Part shown: in pieces, positions 50,601 through 62,897 of the stretch | Position numbering within the stretch: position 1 is the first letter of the stretch | Layout of the letters: each line of letters begins with the position of its first letter | From: Malacoraja senta | Taxonomy: Eukaryota | Assembly (NCBI GenBank): GCA_038087875.1 | Contig: CM075977.1 | Coordinates: 92,628,001-92,692,000, forward strand | DNA length: 64,000 nucleotides | Reading direction: 5' to 3' | Notes under the pieces: generated by a model | Seen by the model: only the letters and a program-made list of their open reading frames with translations | Told to the model about the DNA's origin: nothing | Databases searched by the model: none | Translations under genes and position numbers: made by a program

Positions 50601-51323
50601 CTCCAACAACTCTTACCACTTCAATATTCGCACCACAGAAAGCATCGTATTGAGATGTATCACAACTTGGTTTGCAGCAACTCTGCCCAAAAAATTATGG
50701 TGAGATGTGGATGTAGCCCGGTCCATCACACAAACCAGCCTCCAACCTCCTCCCCCCCCCCCCCACCGCCAACAATTGACACCTTGTACACGCCACGCTG
50801 CCCTCAGGAATAATTTTCAACTCAATCATTCCGTCTTCTCCCCTCTCTGATCAGGCAGAAGATACAAAAGCTTGAAAGCACATACCACGAGATTCAGGAG
50901 CAGCTCCTTCCCTATGTTAGCCAACTGAACAGTCCTCCCATAAGCTGGCATGTAGTCCTGATTTTTCAAACTACCTCACTGTGAGTTTTAGTTTAGACTG
51001 CATTGCTTCTGTAACTGTAACACTGTAAAACTATATTCTGCACACTGATATTTTTCTCATTGCATTTCCTATTATTCTCGTGAATGGCTTGATTTTATTC
51101 CTGCTTAGCATGATTTTATTTTGCTTTGATGATGACCACTGATTTTAACTAAAAGTAACTGATGGGATGATAGGAATTTCATGGGCCTCAACACCCAATT
51201 TCACACTATGCATGCACGGCATGAACTCTCCTCTCAGGATCTTTCCATAGAAAGTCATTACAAAACAACGCTTTCCAAAGTAGATTCAACTGCAGGCAAA
51301 GGAAACATTTTTTTCCCACTCAC

Positions 51324-51399
51324 CTTGTAATGTCCTCAGAGAGCTGAGCGGGATCCGGAGGATAGAACTTCACATTGAATGCAAACTGCCACAAACCAC
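51324..51399 (-). CDS. EPB41L3: EPB41L3 exon, FERM ([26 protein letters not shown])
   Basis: 76 nt, tctag|...|gtgagt, phase 1-2. Contains the VKFYPPDP motif. Confidence 0.95.
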
Positions 51400-51787
51400 C
51401 TAGATAGAGACAAATCATTTCAAACAAAAAAAAGGATTTAAGCTTTCCTTTGAAATAATTACTTTTAAGAAATGCTTTTTCACTAGTAATACGCCCAGTG
51501 CTTTTTTGACAACTTTACCTCGGATCAATTCTGAAATGAAAAGATACCCACGGCTTTGCATCTTTATTAGAAATTGTCCTAAATGCCCTTCTCCCCAATT
51601 TTCATGATGGTTTCTTTCGAGAAATTACTATTGTATTAACATGGTGAATCATTTTATCAAAATGTGCATCTGATGTTTTTGTAAAACTGTTATCATGACA
51701 ACAGGAGTATGTAATATGACAGAAGCAATACGCAATTGTTTCAGTTTTTAAAGTGTTAAGTTTAAAAAAAAGCTGATTTCATGTTTC

Positions 51788-51847
51788 CTTCCCCACTATG
51801 GAACTTTTTTTCTCACTTAGGAAGGAGAAAGTTCCATAGTGGGGAAG
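51788..51847. repeat. Perfect 20-bp inverted repeat with a 20-nt spacer
   Basis: CTTCCCCACTATGGAACTTT (51788-51807) / AAAGTTCCATAGTGGGGAAG (51828-51847). Confidence 0.9.
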
Positions 51848-54039
51848 AAAACTTCCAGGCCTGAATTAACTAAGTATATGTTCAATTGATACCCAAGCGA
51901 ACAGCAGCTCAGAGTGAAAGGGAACATAAACGTGTCTGATTAGAATTCAAGCATTAGCTTGATATGCAAAGGAGGATGATGATCTGCAATGACTTCATCT
52001 CACATCACGGTTGTCAGCCTGCAATCATTCTCTGATTTATTGTCAATCTTCATATTGATTGAAGTGATAAAATAAAAAGTTAAATTACAGCAATGTGGCT
52101 CATGATTTCAATCCACCCCCATTGCCAATTTAATAGTGAACAATAACTTTAAAAAAACTGATGTCTATGGAAAAATGTAGTTCAACACTATATCTGCATG
52201 CTCCAGTAAACAGGACAAGTCAGAACGATGTGACCTATATCAGTTACACTTAGAATATATGTCACGAAGCGGACTACAGCTACAGATTGTTCAACATTTA
52301 AAAAAAACTGAAATTATAAGAGGTCAGTGTAAAGATGCCACACATTTGGAACATCACCTTTTCAATTATTTTTCAAAATCCTCATCATTTTGATTTTCAT
52401 AACTTTACGGGTAGAAAGACCTTTATCAAACATGCACACTACACGTAATAATGTTTTCCCTATAACCCCTACATAAGGTCTACTATTTAGTGTACCTTAC
52501 CCATCATTGCTTTCTCTTCCCTGGTCTCACACCTTGCATTCCACCATCTTGTTTTTGTTTTAGTTATGTGTTGAAACTATGAACTGTTTAGGTTCTTCTA
52601 AAACACTAACATTCCTATTTACCATGAACTATGGTGTTCACTTACACCTAATCAGTAAATTTACTACTGCAATATGTATAACAGAGCAATGCGTCATTAT
52701 ATATGAACACAGGCAAATAACTAAACTTTTAATGTTGTTAGTTCATGACTTTGGAGCTTATTCTTTTGGGAAAAAAAATCCACTGAAATAAATATCTGGA
52801 TTCTTCCAGACCTAGGAAAGTCTGTAAAAGTCCACAACACTATTTTTGTCAAGCCTGGCAGTGTTCATGTCTCTCTTGATGCAGTCACTTTTCTGAACAG
52901 TTCAACAGCCACATGAAAAGATTTGCTAATCAAATAACCACTGCAGAACACACGACTCTTTATTATTAGTCTGGAGCTCTGCATTGTCAGTCATGTAACA
53001 TAACCTCTATTACAACCTTACATTTTTGATGAATGAGTTTGTCAATGCAAATCCGAAGCAGAAAGAGGAGTAGGGCAGTTTGGTATTAAAGCAAAAGGAG
53101 TCTGGGCTGTGATACACATTTAAAGCAGGTTACAGAGGTAACTAAAATCATAAATGGATTACAAATGAAAATTTGGATTTTGTTATATATGAGTTGAAGG
53201 TTAGGGAAACAGTAAGTTAGCGAAGAAAAATTGCAGAGCTGTTGCGGTATAGTTCACAGAGCTGGATTTCCTGTCAGGATAGAACTGGGAAACCTCAGAG
53301 ATGACAAGGAATTTATAAGAGTTTCAGACCCATGCTGAAGCAAATACTGTTATGGAATTGCGATCAGGAGATATAAGAAACAGGTCTAATATGGACATTG
53401 TATCTCATTTCAAATTGCACCTTCATATACAAGTATAGCGCCATAAAGATACAACATTCTAAGAGAGGGATAACAGTGAATCCAAACACTGTATTCAACA
53501 GCGTGGCCATTATATACTCTTCAAATTCTAACTAAAGTAAAAAGAAAAATATTTGGGAACCAATAAGATGTTTAATGTTTAAAAGATTGTCATAATGTAA
53601 GTACATAATCACTTCAATTTTTAATTTCCCAAGCATTCTACATCTTCATCCTTGTTCTCAATTAGTTTGCAGACATAAAGAGATAGATATTTGCAATGTT
53701 TGTTTGGTTAGCTGCATTGTGATTATTCTGTCATTTGCCATATCATTCATCCCTAGTTCAGCAGCTCTGGTTACTGTTTACAATTAAATAGTAATTCAGA
53801 AAAGCCGGCAGACTATCCATAATTCAATGCAGGTTCATCTCTAATATAAGATGAAAACAAAAAAGTCTTAAATGGGAAAATGAAAAAAAAAGATTTTAGA
53901 AAACCCTTTGAGGGTTATGAGTCTTAAAATCTCAGAATATGAAGGAAAGAAATATTCTCTACATAAGCAGAATATATGTATTCTTTCAGTGATCCTTACG
54001 TGTCAGTAGCATTTCAAGTCAGTAGTAAAATGTACTTAC

Positions 54040-54082
54040 TTCGGATCTGCTTTTTAATTTCCTTGGCTGGGTCCAACCAGTT
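54040..54082 (-). CDS. EPB41L3: EPB41L3 exon, FERM (NWLDPAKEIKKQIR)
   Basis: 43 nt, ttttag|...|gtaagt, phase 0-1. Contains the WLDPxKEIKKQ motif. Confidence 0.95.
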
Positions 54083-54236
54083 CTAAAATATGGAATTTTA
54101 ATAGGTTAATTTAGAAAAAAAAATTAGAACTTTTTCTAGCAAATCTTTTCTTATGATTACCACAAAATGAAGCATTAGTTTAATTCAGAAAAACAATTAA
54201 ATTGATAATGGTTTACCATAAAACCTATATATAATT

Positions 54237-54455
54237 AGTAGGAAGAAACTGCAGATGCTGGTTTAAACGGAAGATAGACACGAAAAGTTGGTGTAACTCA
54301 GCGGGTCATACAGCATCTTGGGAGAAAAGGAATAGGTGATGTTTTGGGTCGAGACCCTTCTTCGGACCAAATTCGGTCTTGCCCCGAAACGTCATCTATT
54401 CCATTTCTTCAGAGATGCTGTCTGACCCGCTGAGTTACTCCAGTTTTTTTGTGTT
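54237..54455. mobile_element. Degenerate Penelope-derived palindromic element
   Basis: Inverted arms GTAACTCAGCGGGTCA / TGACCCGCTGAGTTAC with a decayed core. Confidence 0.75.
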
Positions 54456-55486
54456 TAATATATAATTGAGTTTTACATATATAGATAATCATAGTCATAC
54501 AGCATAGACTCGTTGGACACAAGAGATTGCAGATGCTGGCTTACAACAAAATACACAAAGTGCTGGAGTAACTCAGGCAGCATGTCTGGAGAACATGAAC
54601 AGGCAACGTTTTGGGTCAGGATCCTTCCAAGGCCCTTCGTCCATGTTGATCATCGATCACCAATTATTCATCTTCCTATATCCCATCAATTCCATATCTC
54701 CCCCCCCCCCCCCCCCCGCAAACCACTTCTGAAATGTCCAATAATGACCTACACACTCAGGACAATTCACAGTAACCCACAAGCCCACACATCCTTTGAG
54801 TGAGAGGAAACCAGAGCTCCCAGTAGAAGTCCACAAAGTCACAGACCGTGCCAGAGGTCTGTATTGAATTTGGCTGTTAGACCAAAGATGCATCAGGTCT
54901 ACCAGCCACGCTAAAGTGACCCCAATAGTAGACGGTATCTTTTAAACAACATTTTTAAATCAAACAGGTATTTTTGTTTAGGTCCCAAATTTTGGTCCAA
55001 GGTAAAAACACTTACAAGTTGATGGTAGTGACGTTTAAATTTAATTGTGTCACAAAGCTTCTTAGTTCACAGGAATGAAAATCTGTTTCCATGTGCAGTG
55101 AGCACACTGTGAGTGCAAAGGCCATGGAAGCACAATGAACATTTGGTGCTGCCTTTTCATTACACGTACCAGGGTGAAACTGTGAGAGACTCCACTAGCA
55201 AGTAGGGTGAAGGCCAGGTCAATCATGAGTAAAATGGACAGTCCTTACTTGACCTGTAAGGAGTTTACCATGGAGAATGCTACTACACTGTACACAAGAC
55301 AGCTAAATGCAGACACATTTTGATAGTGTGAACTTCATTGATCGTGACTATTTCCTGTGCAGTAAATTTCCTAGATTCCTGCATAACCTGCCATCTCTGG
55401 AGGGGAAGGAGAGTACATCTTTGCCCACTCTGAGCATGTGGTAAACTGGTTCAACCATATTAACTGCGGTACCAGTTCCAATGGGC

Positions 55487-56147
55487 AGGTAGACAAAAAA
55501 GCTGGAGAAACTCAGCGGGTGAGGCAGCATCTATGGAGCGAAGGAATAGGCGACGTTTTTGGTTGAGACTCTTCTTCAGACTGATGTCGGGAGGGGGGCA
55601 GGAAAAAGAAAGAATGAGGTGGAGACAGTAGGCTGTGGGAGAGCTGGGAAGGGGAGGGGAAGGAGGGAGAAAGCAAGGACTATCTGAAAATGAAGAAGTC
55701 AATGTTCATACCGCTGGGGTGTAGAGCAGTTGACACCTGGAACAGCGGATGCAATAGATGAGGTTGGAGGATGTGCAGGTGAACCTCTGCCTCACCTGAA
55801 AGACTGCTTGGGTCCTTGGATGGAGTTGAGTGGGGATGTAAAGCGACAAGTGTAGCATTTCCTGCAGTTGCAAGGGAAAGTACCACGGGAGGGGGTGGTT
55901 TGGGTGGAAAGGGACGAATTGACCAGGGAGTTACTGAGAGAACGGTCTTTGCGAAAAACAGAAAGCGGAGGAGATGGGAAGATGTGGCCAGTGGTGGGAT
56001 CCCGTTGGAGGTGGCGAAAATGTCAGAGGCTTATATGTTGTATGTGACGGCTGGTAGGGTGGATGGTGAGGACAAGGGGGACTCTGTCCTTGTTATGAGT
56101 GGGGGGGATGGGGAGTGCGAGCGGAGCTGCGGGATATAGAGGAGACC
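55487..56147 (-). mobile_element. Penelope-like retroelement 3' fragment (RT C-terminus, Cys-rich linker, start of GIY-YIG, terminal repeat), internally deleted
   Basis: Minus translation NKDRVPLVLTIHPTSRHIQHI...GTFPCNCRKCYTC...QGPKQSF/QVRQRFTCTSSNLIYCIRCSRCQLLY, with one frameshift. Confidence 0.85.
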
Positions 56148-56263
56148 ACAGGTATGATATCAAGAAAGTGAATGTCAGGACAGCTGTAGCAAGACGGAGA
56201 AAAAAACCTCTCCTTTTTCCACAAAATGTATTATCATTCAATCAACCCAACTGTTCAACATAC

Positions 56264-56368
56264 CTTTTGATTTTCAGAGTCCCGAAATGTCAGCCCAAAG
56301 TAATCTTTCTCCAGAAGGTTGAGCTGCCCACATACTTTATCAAAGAGAACCTGTCCCTTTGCTCGTTT
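56264..56368 (-). CDS. EPB41L3: EPB41L3 exon, FERM-N ([35 protein letters not shown])
   Basis: 105 nt, acceptor ctgacag, donor AAG|gtatgt, phase 0-0. The translation matches the protein 4.1 FERM N-lobe. Confidence 0.95.
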
Positions 56369-56691
56369 CTGTCAGAAAATATAAAGATAGATTTATCAAT
56401 ACAGGATGTGACACTAATCAGGAGGAAAACTAAACAGGTTGTTGGGATTTACCATCATGAAAGGTATGTATAATATACATTGGAAACAAAAACATTTCCA
56501 AATTCTTAAAACACATAGTTTGTCACAAAAAAAACCATGCTGTTTTGCTTGGTCTAAAAGGAAAGCTTTCATTGAATTCACCAGAACTTACGATGATGAT
56601 AAAACTCACTTCCATGTTTTCCCTACCTTACACATAATTACAAAAAGTCTCTAATAAATTTATTTGCTGCCGTTCTATGCATTCGTACTTA

Positions 56692-56910
56692 AGGGCCTGT
56701 CCCACTGTCACGACCTAATTCTGCCGAGTTTGCCCATGACTCATACTCGCAGCATGGTCGTCACAAGGTCGTAGGTAGGTCGTAGCAGGTGGTGATGCTA
56801 GTCGTAGGTACTCGTGGCATCAAGTAGGTCGGGGCGTTTTTTCAACATGATGAAAAATGTCCACGAGTAAAAAAGGTCGTGCATTAGGTCGTGAAAGTGG
56901 GACAGGCCCT
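56692..56910. mobile_element. PIF/Harbinger-type MITE, TSD TTA
   Basis: Perfect 15-bp TIRs AGGGCCTGTCCCACT / AGTGGGACAGGCCCT, extended by CACGACCTAAT / ATTAGGTCGTG. Confidence 0.9.
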
Positions 56911-57537
56911 TTAAACTCCTTTGAATTCAGTAATGAGTTTAGTTTCCCTGATAATTACTCTGAAATTTGAAAGACTGCAGGATACTCCCTTTAAATGAAA
57001 GGTCAATGGTCAAAACAATGTTGGAACAAAATTGCAGAGGGTCACAGTAATGAAAGACAGATTAATTTCATCCATTTCCATGTTTGCAATCCCAATTACA
57101 GGTTTGCAGATGATACACCACTGCAGTCGGCAAGATCTCGAACAATGGGGAGACGGAGATAGAGATTGGTAGCGTGGTGTTAAGACAACAAACTAACGGT
57201 CCATATCAGCTGAACAGAAGAGTGGGTCATCTACTTTAGGAAGCAGGGAGGAATATGCATTCCAGTCTGTAATCAATTATGCTGTAGTGGAGATGGCCGA
57301 GAACTCATGTTCCGAGGTCTAACCTTCACCAACAATTTGATCGGGTCCTACCCATGACAACGTCATGGCTAGCAAGCACACCAATGCCTCTACTTCCTCA
57401 GAAGATGGGAAGAAATTCAGCATGATTCCAATCACTCTAACCAATTTCTATCGATGCACTATAGAAAACATCCTATCAGTTGCATCACAGCTTGGTATGG
57501 TAACTGCTCTGCGTAAGACTGCATGAAATTGCAAAGT

Positions 57538-57591
57538 GGGGTGGAAGATTGCAACCTTCACGTGGTCCGCCCTGTTTCGACGAATGCAATC
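57538..57591 (+). ncRNA. Minimal HDV/CPEB3-like self-cleaving ribozyme
   Basis: P1 GGGGUGG/CCGCCCU with G1-U wobble; P2 GAUUGCA/UGCAAUC; P3 ACC/GGU; L3 UUCACGU; then GU, a 5-nt UUCGA stub in place of P4, and J4/2 CGAA with the putative catalytic C at 57581. Confidence 0.85.
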
Positions 57592-57680
57592 AACCCGGCA
57601 TGCACAACCAAATAAGATCAAATAGAACAAGTTGTCCTACAACTTTAGGCTGTGCACGCCGTACGCAAGAAGAAGAAGAA
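57538..57680 (+). mobile_element. Short (143 bp) ribozyme-headed retroposon, copy with intact ribozyme; (GAA)n tail; 13-bp TSD GAAATTGCAAAGT
   Basis: TSD at 57525-57537 and 57681-57693. Closely similar copy at 36702-36843. Inserted into an older Rex/L2-like remnant. Confidence 0.9.
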
Positions 57681-58103
57681 GAAATTGCAAAGTTGTAGAT
57701 GCAGCCAGTCTGTCATGCAAACCAGCATTCCCCGGACTCCTCCCCTCACAAGAATCCATCCACACTTAACATTGCCAACATAATCAAGGCTCACTTACAC
57801 CTAGATCATTCTCTTTTCCCTTCTCTCAGGTAGGGCAGAGATAAAGACTTGAAAGCATGTACCACCTTCCCCACTGTTATCAGACTCTTGAACTGATCTC
57901 TTAAGTGCTACGGATTATTCCCAATGTACCCCATTGTGCCCCGATGTTTTTTTTTAATCTAAACTTTTTCTTTTGTAGCTATAATACCAGATTATGCACA
58001 GTTATTTCTCTTTTGCTTACCCAATGTAATCATGTATGAAATTATTTTCCTGCATAGCACTCTCCACAGGTAACAAAATAAGTGATCATTGACAATGTGA
58101 TGT

Positions 58104-58406
58104 TGTAGAGGTGCAAACGTGGTGAATAACAGGATGCTTTATTCAGGCATTGTAGGTTGGCAATACATGGACGTTTAACACTCTAACATAACAGTTGTAG
58201 TTGTTGAGAGGCTGTCGCCTTGTGGGCTCGGTTGTGCTCCTGCTGCGGTGGCAGGACACTCTCAGGAAGTGAGAGGAGGAGCAAGAGCCAGAGAGTGAGA
58301 AAGGTCAGGACTTATATACTGGGACACACCCAATATATCTCGTGACTCTTTCCCAGGGTTGCCGAGGATTCGCATAGGAGTGGCCTAACCATTAGGTGCT
58401 GCTACA
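58104..58406 (-). mobile_element. Solo LTR (303 bp), probably Gypsy-type, 4-bp TSD ATGT
   Basis: TGTAG...CTACA termini with ATGT on both sides. Minus-strand TATATAA (~58312-58318) lies upstream of AATAAA (~58138-58143). Confidence 0.8.
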
Positions 58407-59165
58407 ATGTTTTATTGAACTGCATGGGGTCCTTAACTCTGGGAAGTATTGACAAGATTGCATCTTGGAAAGTGGACATGTCATCTCTGCCACCCTGCTC
58501 CAGGGATAGATACTGGACTAGAAAGAGGTCTTTAGTGAAATGCAAGACAGACAATTGCAATTTCGGCAGACTGTTTTATTTGATGTCTCATTTTCCATTG
58601 AAAGGAATTGAAAATTGGATCAAAGACAAATTTCAACCACAGTATAAAACTTCAGAGGAAAAAAAAGGATAGTTTATAAAACATAGAATAGTGCTTTGAC
58701 TTCACTTCTGCTACACACAGCTCTACTTGTAAAGACACCAAACAAAATGCCGGAGGAAGTCAGCAGGGCAAGCAGTGGAGGGAAATGGACAGATGACTTT
58801 TCTGGTCAGGACCCTTCTTCAGACCCTTTACTTATACGGCACTCAGACAAGCATGAACTGATTAGAGAAGGCAAGGATTATTTGAGAGCATCATGTCCCT
58901 TTACACAGTTATTTCATTTTAAAAAATCAACCAAAGTGGTAAGATAAGGTAAAGTTCAAGGGCCTTTTACATAAATTCTGGATGTTATTGAATGAGGCTC
59001 TACAATGTAGACATAATAAAATGGGGATTGTGCATAAAACTGGAACAGATTCATTGAGGCAAATAAGAAATGATTGAGGGGCTGGAAGAGAGAGTAAAGA
59101 TGATGCTATACTGTGCCAAGTTTCTCACTGCATTTACAAATGACAAATTACCGCATGGAGATGCT

Positions 59166-59505
59166 CAAAAGATGTGGAGAAGATGTTTCCACGAGTGGGA
59201 GAGTCTAGGATCAGAGGGCACAGGCTCAGAATTAAAAGACGTACCTTTAGAAAGGAGACAAGGAGGAATTTCCTTAGCCAGAGGGTGGTGAATCTGTGGA
59301 ATGCATTGCCATGGACAGCTGTGGAGGCCGTTATTGGGTATTTGTAAAGTAGAGATTGATAGGTCCTTGATTAGTAAGGGTGTTAAAGGTTACGAGGGGA
59401 AGGCAGAAGAATGGGGTTGAGAGGGCAAGATAGATCAGCCATGATTGAATGGCAGAGCAGACGTCATGGGTCAAAAATGGACTAATTCGGTTCCTATGTC
59501 ATATG
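59166..59505 (+). mobile_element. CR1 LINE 3' fragment; older CR1 remnants at ~17400-18190 and ~59770-60260
   Basis: CR1 ORF2 C-terminal signature (CAGAGGGTGGTGAATCTGTGGAAT) and the typical 3' UTR. Confidence 0.75.
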
Positions 59506-61639
59506 AACTTATGATTTGAAAGCATGGCAAATAATGCAGTCTGGGAGCAGAAAGTTGCCGAAGAACAGGGCAAAAATGGCAGGGAGTTTCATGTGGAAAC
59601 ATGGCCTGATCATCACTTTGCAGCACGTTTTTTACTAAATAATACGAGAAAGTGTGGAAGAACAGCAAGAGAAGTAATTGCTGAGGCAAAAGAAAAGTTA
59701 AATAGGTCACGTAAAAGTATTCCAGTCACAGAGATAAAAGTCGATGATGAAGTCGTGTTACTACTGGTTACACCATCTGTATTCAGTTCCAGGCATCTTA
59801 TCTCAAGTGGAGAGTACAGACAAGCCTTGGAAGTAGTGCTAGACACAATCAACAGTATAATGTTGAGCCTAAAATGGTTACATTATGGGGACATTGCAAA
59901 GTACAACCTGGTATTCCTTTAAATAACGATCAAAGGCCACATTAGCTAGCGTCTAAGATGACCAAAGGATTTGATTCAGATAACTTGAGAGAAATTATTT
60001 CTGACCTGGTGGAGAAATCACAAGACTTAGGCATCAACTTAAACGGTATCAAAGTTCAAAAGTGATATTAGGAAGAGCCTCTTCACGCAGATTGCCATGG
60101 AACTCTGGAGCTCCTTGTTCATAATGCTGTAGAGGCAAGGTCAACTGAAAACTCCTCAAGAGGTTTGTGATAAATGCGATGAAAATACACCAGTCATGAT
60201 CAAAATACATAGATTTGACTTGAGGAACCGGTTTGAGAAATGGAACAGTTCCCTATTGTTCATATATTTCACATTCCCCACAAGAATGATTAAGTTGGTG
60301 ATTTTAATTTGGCAATAGACAATAGGTGCCGGAGTAGGCCATTCGGCCCTTCGAGCCATTCAATGTGATCATGGCTGATCATCCACAATCAGTACCCTCC
60401 CCCCCCCCCCCCCCCCCCCCCTGCCTTCTCTCCATATCCCTTAACTAAGACAAGCAGTCTTAAAAACAATAATTCAATAAGGGTCTCAAATCCAATTTGA
60501 AGCAATTTGTTAAAATCCCAGCAAGATTCAGTACATTTATGGTAACTTGGAATGATTCAATTAAAACATTTCCATAGACTTCATCCTCGCAAAATCCAGG
60601 CCATAATTATTAAGTACGCATTCATAATCATAGAGCACAGAAACAGGCCCTTCATCTATAGACAATAGACTATCAAGTATCAATCTATATTAATTCCACT
60701 TACCAGCCTTTTAAGCCTTGGTAATTGACGTTCTGGCTCTGATACTGAAATGTTGTGAGAATACCTGCCTCCTGCACCACCTTGGGGAATATTCCAGATT
60801 ACAACCACCCTCTGGGTGAAAGCAAAATTCCTCACAATCCCTCCAACCCACTGACTGCTCACATTCAATTTACACCCTTTTGTGTAGATGTTTCTAATAT
60901 GGGGAACATTTTCCTTAGAATAATTAAATTCATGCATATAACTCTTTGAAGAAAGAAAACCATGCAGTCCTTAAATGGTGAATTGTTTTGTTCTCGACTT
61001 GTCCTGACTGAGTCCTGTAGCACATTTTTTTCAGAAAGTACCGTAAATGATGCTTAACTTCCATTGACCATTACTGGAAATCACTGTACAGTCTTTGGAA
61101 ATCCAGGCACAGGATATTCAAGTCAACAATCAAGAATGTCTTATTGTCATATGTCCCGAAATGGAACAATGGAATTCTTATTTGCAGGTTCAGATTTCAG
61201 AGCACAAATAGACACGCTAAAATCAACCACTGTATCTAATCAGCATTTACTTTCAAATCATTAAAGCCAACAGTTAATCCATTGTCAACAAATGATATCA
61301 ATTACTCACTCAGTCTTTTATTCAGAAGTAACTATTATTCCATTCATTATTAACTTGAATGAGGAAAAGGGCAGGGCCATAGATAGCTGCTAAATGGGAT
61401 TAATATAAACAAATACTTGATGATCAGGATGAACCATCTACGATCGGACAGAAGATAAAAAAGCTTGAAAGCATGTATCAATTGATTCAAAAACAGCTTC
61501 TTCCTCACTGTTAATAGACTCTTGAACCGACCTCTTATATGCTAATGATGAATTCCTGATCTTCCAGTCTACTTTATTCCGGCCCTTGCAATTTTTTTGT
61601 ATCTGCACTCTCAGTAAATGAAACACATCCTTGTATCCC

Positions 61640-62088
61640 TTTGTTATCACCTATTCCCCAGCAAACAATGGACCATCATGGGCTCCACCTTTCCTTGGAC
61701 ATCTGTTGCCAGCCCTGTTTGGTTCTAGCCTTCTACCTCCAATTACCTCCTCTCTATTTTCAGTCTGAAAAAGGATCCCAACCTGAAACGTCACCCATTC
61801 CTTTTCTCCAGAAATGTTACCTGACCCACCGAGTTACTCCAGCACTTTGTGTCTATCTTCGGTATATACCAGCATCTGCAGTTCCCTTCTAAATTATATT
61901 CTGCACCCTGTTTATTTTCTCCTTTGTATTACCTGATGTGCTCATATATGGTAAGATTCGTCGGGATAGCACGCAAAACAGTTTATCAATGTTAGTCTGA
62001 AGAAGGGTCTCGACCCGAAACATCACCCATTCCTTCTCTCCAGAGATGCTGCCTGTCCCGCTGAGATACTCCAGCATTTTGTGCCTAT
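61640..62088 (+). mobile_element. Two Penelope terminal-repeat fragments (about 61640-61886 and 61993-62088); hammerhead-like core 61997-62024
   Basis: CTGAAGAAGGGTCTCGACCCGAAACATC followed by the family tail. Confidence 0.75.
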
Positions 62089-62416
62089 ATGTTGTGCTAT
62101 ATGTCTATGAATATACAGTTCTACAGTATATTAATGGGCTGGATTTTCCAAAGATCAAATTTTCAGCAGATGTTTGAAACTGCTATGACAAGAATATAGG
62201 AGATGTTTTTATAGCTTGCAAGGTGATGGTACAATGCTATAGTATTCCATCACTTTGATTTTAGCCTCCATTGTCATGGCCACACACCAACTGTTGCCAA
62301 GATAATTTTGCATAGAGAAGACCTATATCAACAAACAAATCATTGTAGGTCACTCCAGCCAAACCCCCTCCAGTTAAGGAATCATTCGTAGAGGTGGACA
62401 GCATCATTTGTAGAGA

Positions 62417-62897
62417 TCCTCCAACCTCATCTACTGTATCAGTTGTTCAAATGTGGACTCTTATATATCGGCGAGACCAAACGTAGTCTGGCGATCGTTT
62501 CGCTGAACACCTTCGCGCCTGGACATACCTGATCTCCCGGTTGCGAAACACTTTAATTCCCCTTCCCATTCCCTGAGTGAGGCTAAACACAAATTGAACA
62601 GCATTTCATATTTCGTTTGGACAGCTTACAGCCCAGTGGTATGAAAATTGATTTCTCTAACTTCAAGTAACATTCCCTCTCTCTCCATCCCTCCCCCATG
62701 CAAGTCACACCAGCTTTCGTTCTCACCTAACTACAGCTAACAATGGCCTGTTTCCTTTATCATTGTTACTTTTTAGCATATCTTTCATTCATTTGTTTAA
62801 TTTCTCTCTACATCATCGTCTATGTCTCTCGTTTCCCATTCCTTCTCTCCAGAGATGCTGCCTGTCCCGCTGAGGTACTCCAGCATTTTGTGTCTAT
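62417..62897 (+). mobile_element. Penelope-like element fragment with a GIY-YIG endonuclease remnant and terminal repeat
   Basis: SSNLIYCISCS/CGLLYIGETKR/DRFAEHLR...PDLPVAKHFNSPSHS, with frameshifts. Confidence 0.85.

Noticed and set aside
59524-59922. 132-aa plus-strand ORF
   Set aside because: It has no recognisable motif and runs into decayed CR1-like sequence, so it is probably a chance ORF.
60398-60421. Long poly-C runs (also near 50752 and 54700) as G-quadruplex elements
   Set aside because: They are homopolymers inside decayed repeats and their lengths are error-prone, so there is no support for function.
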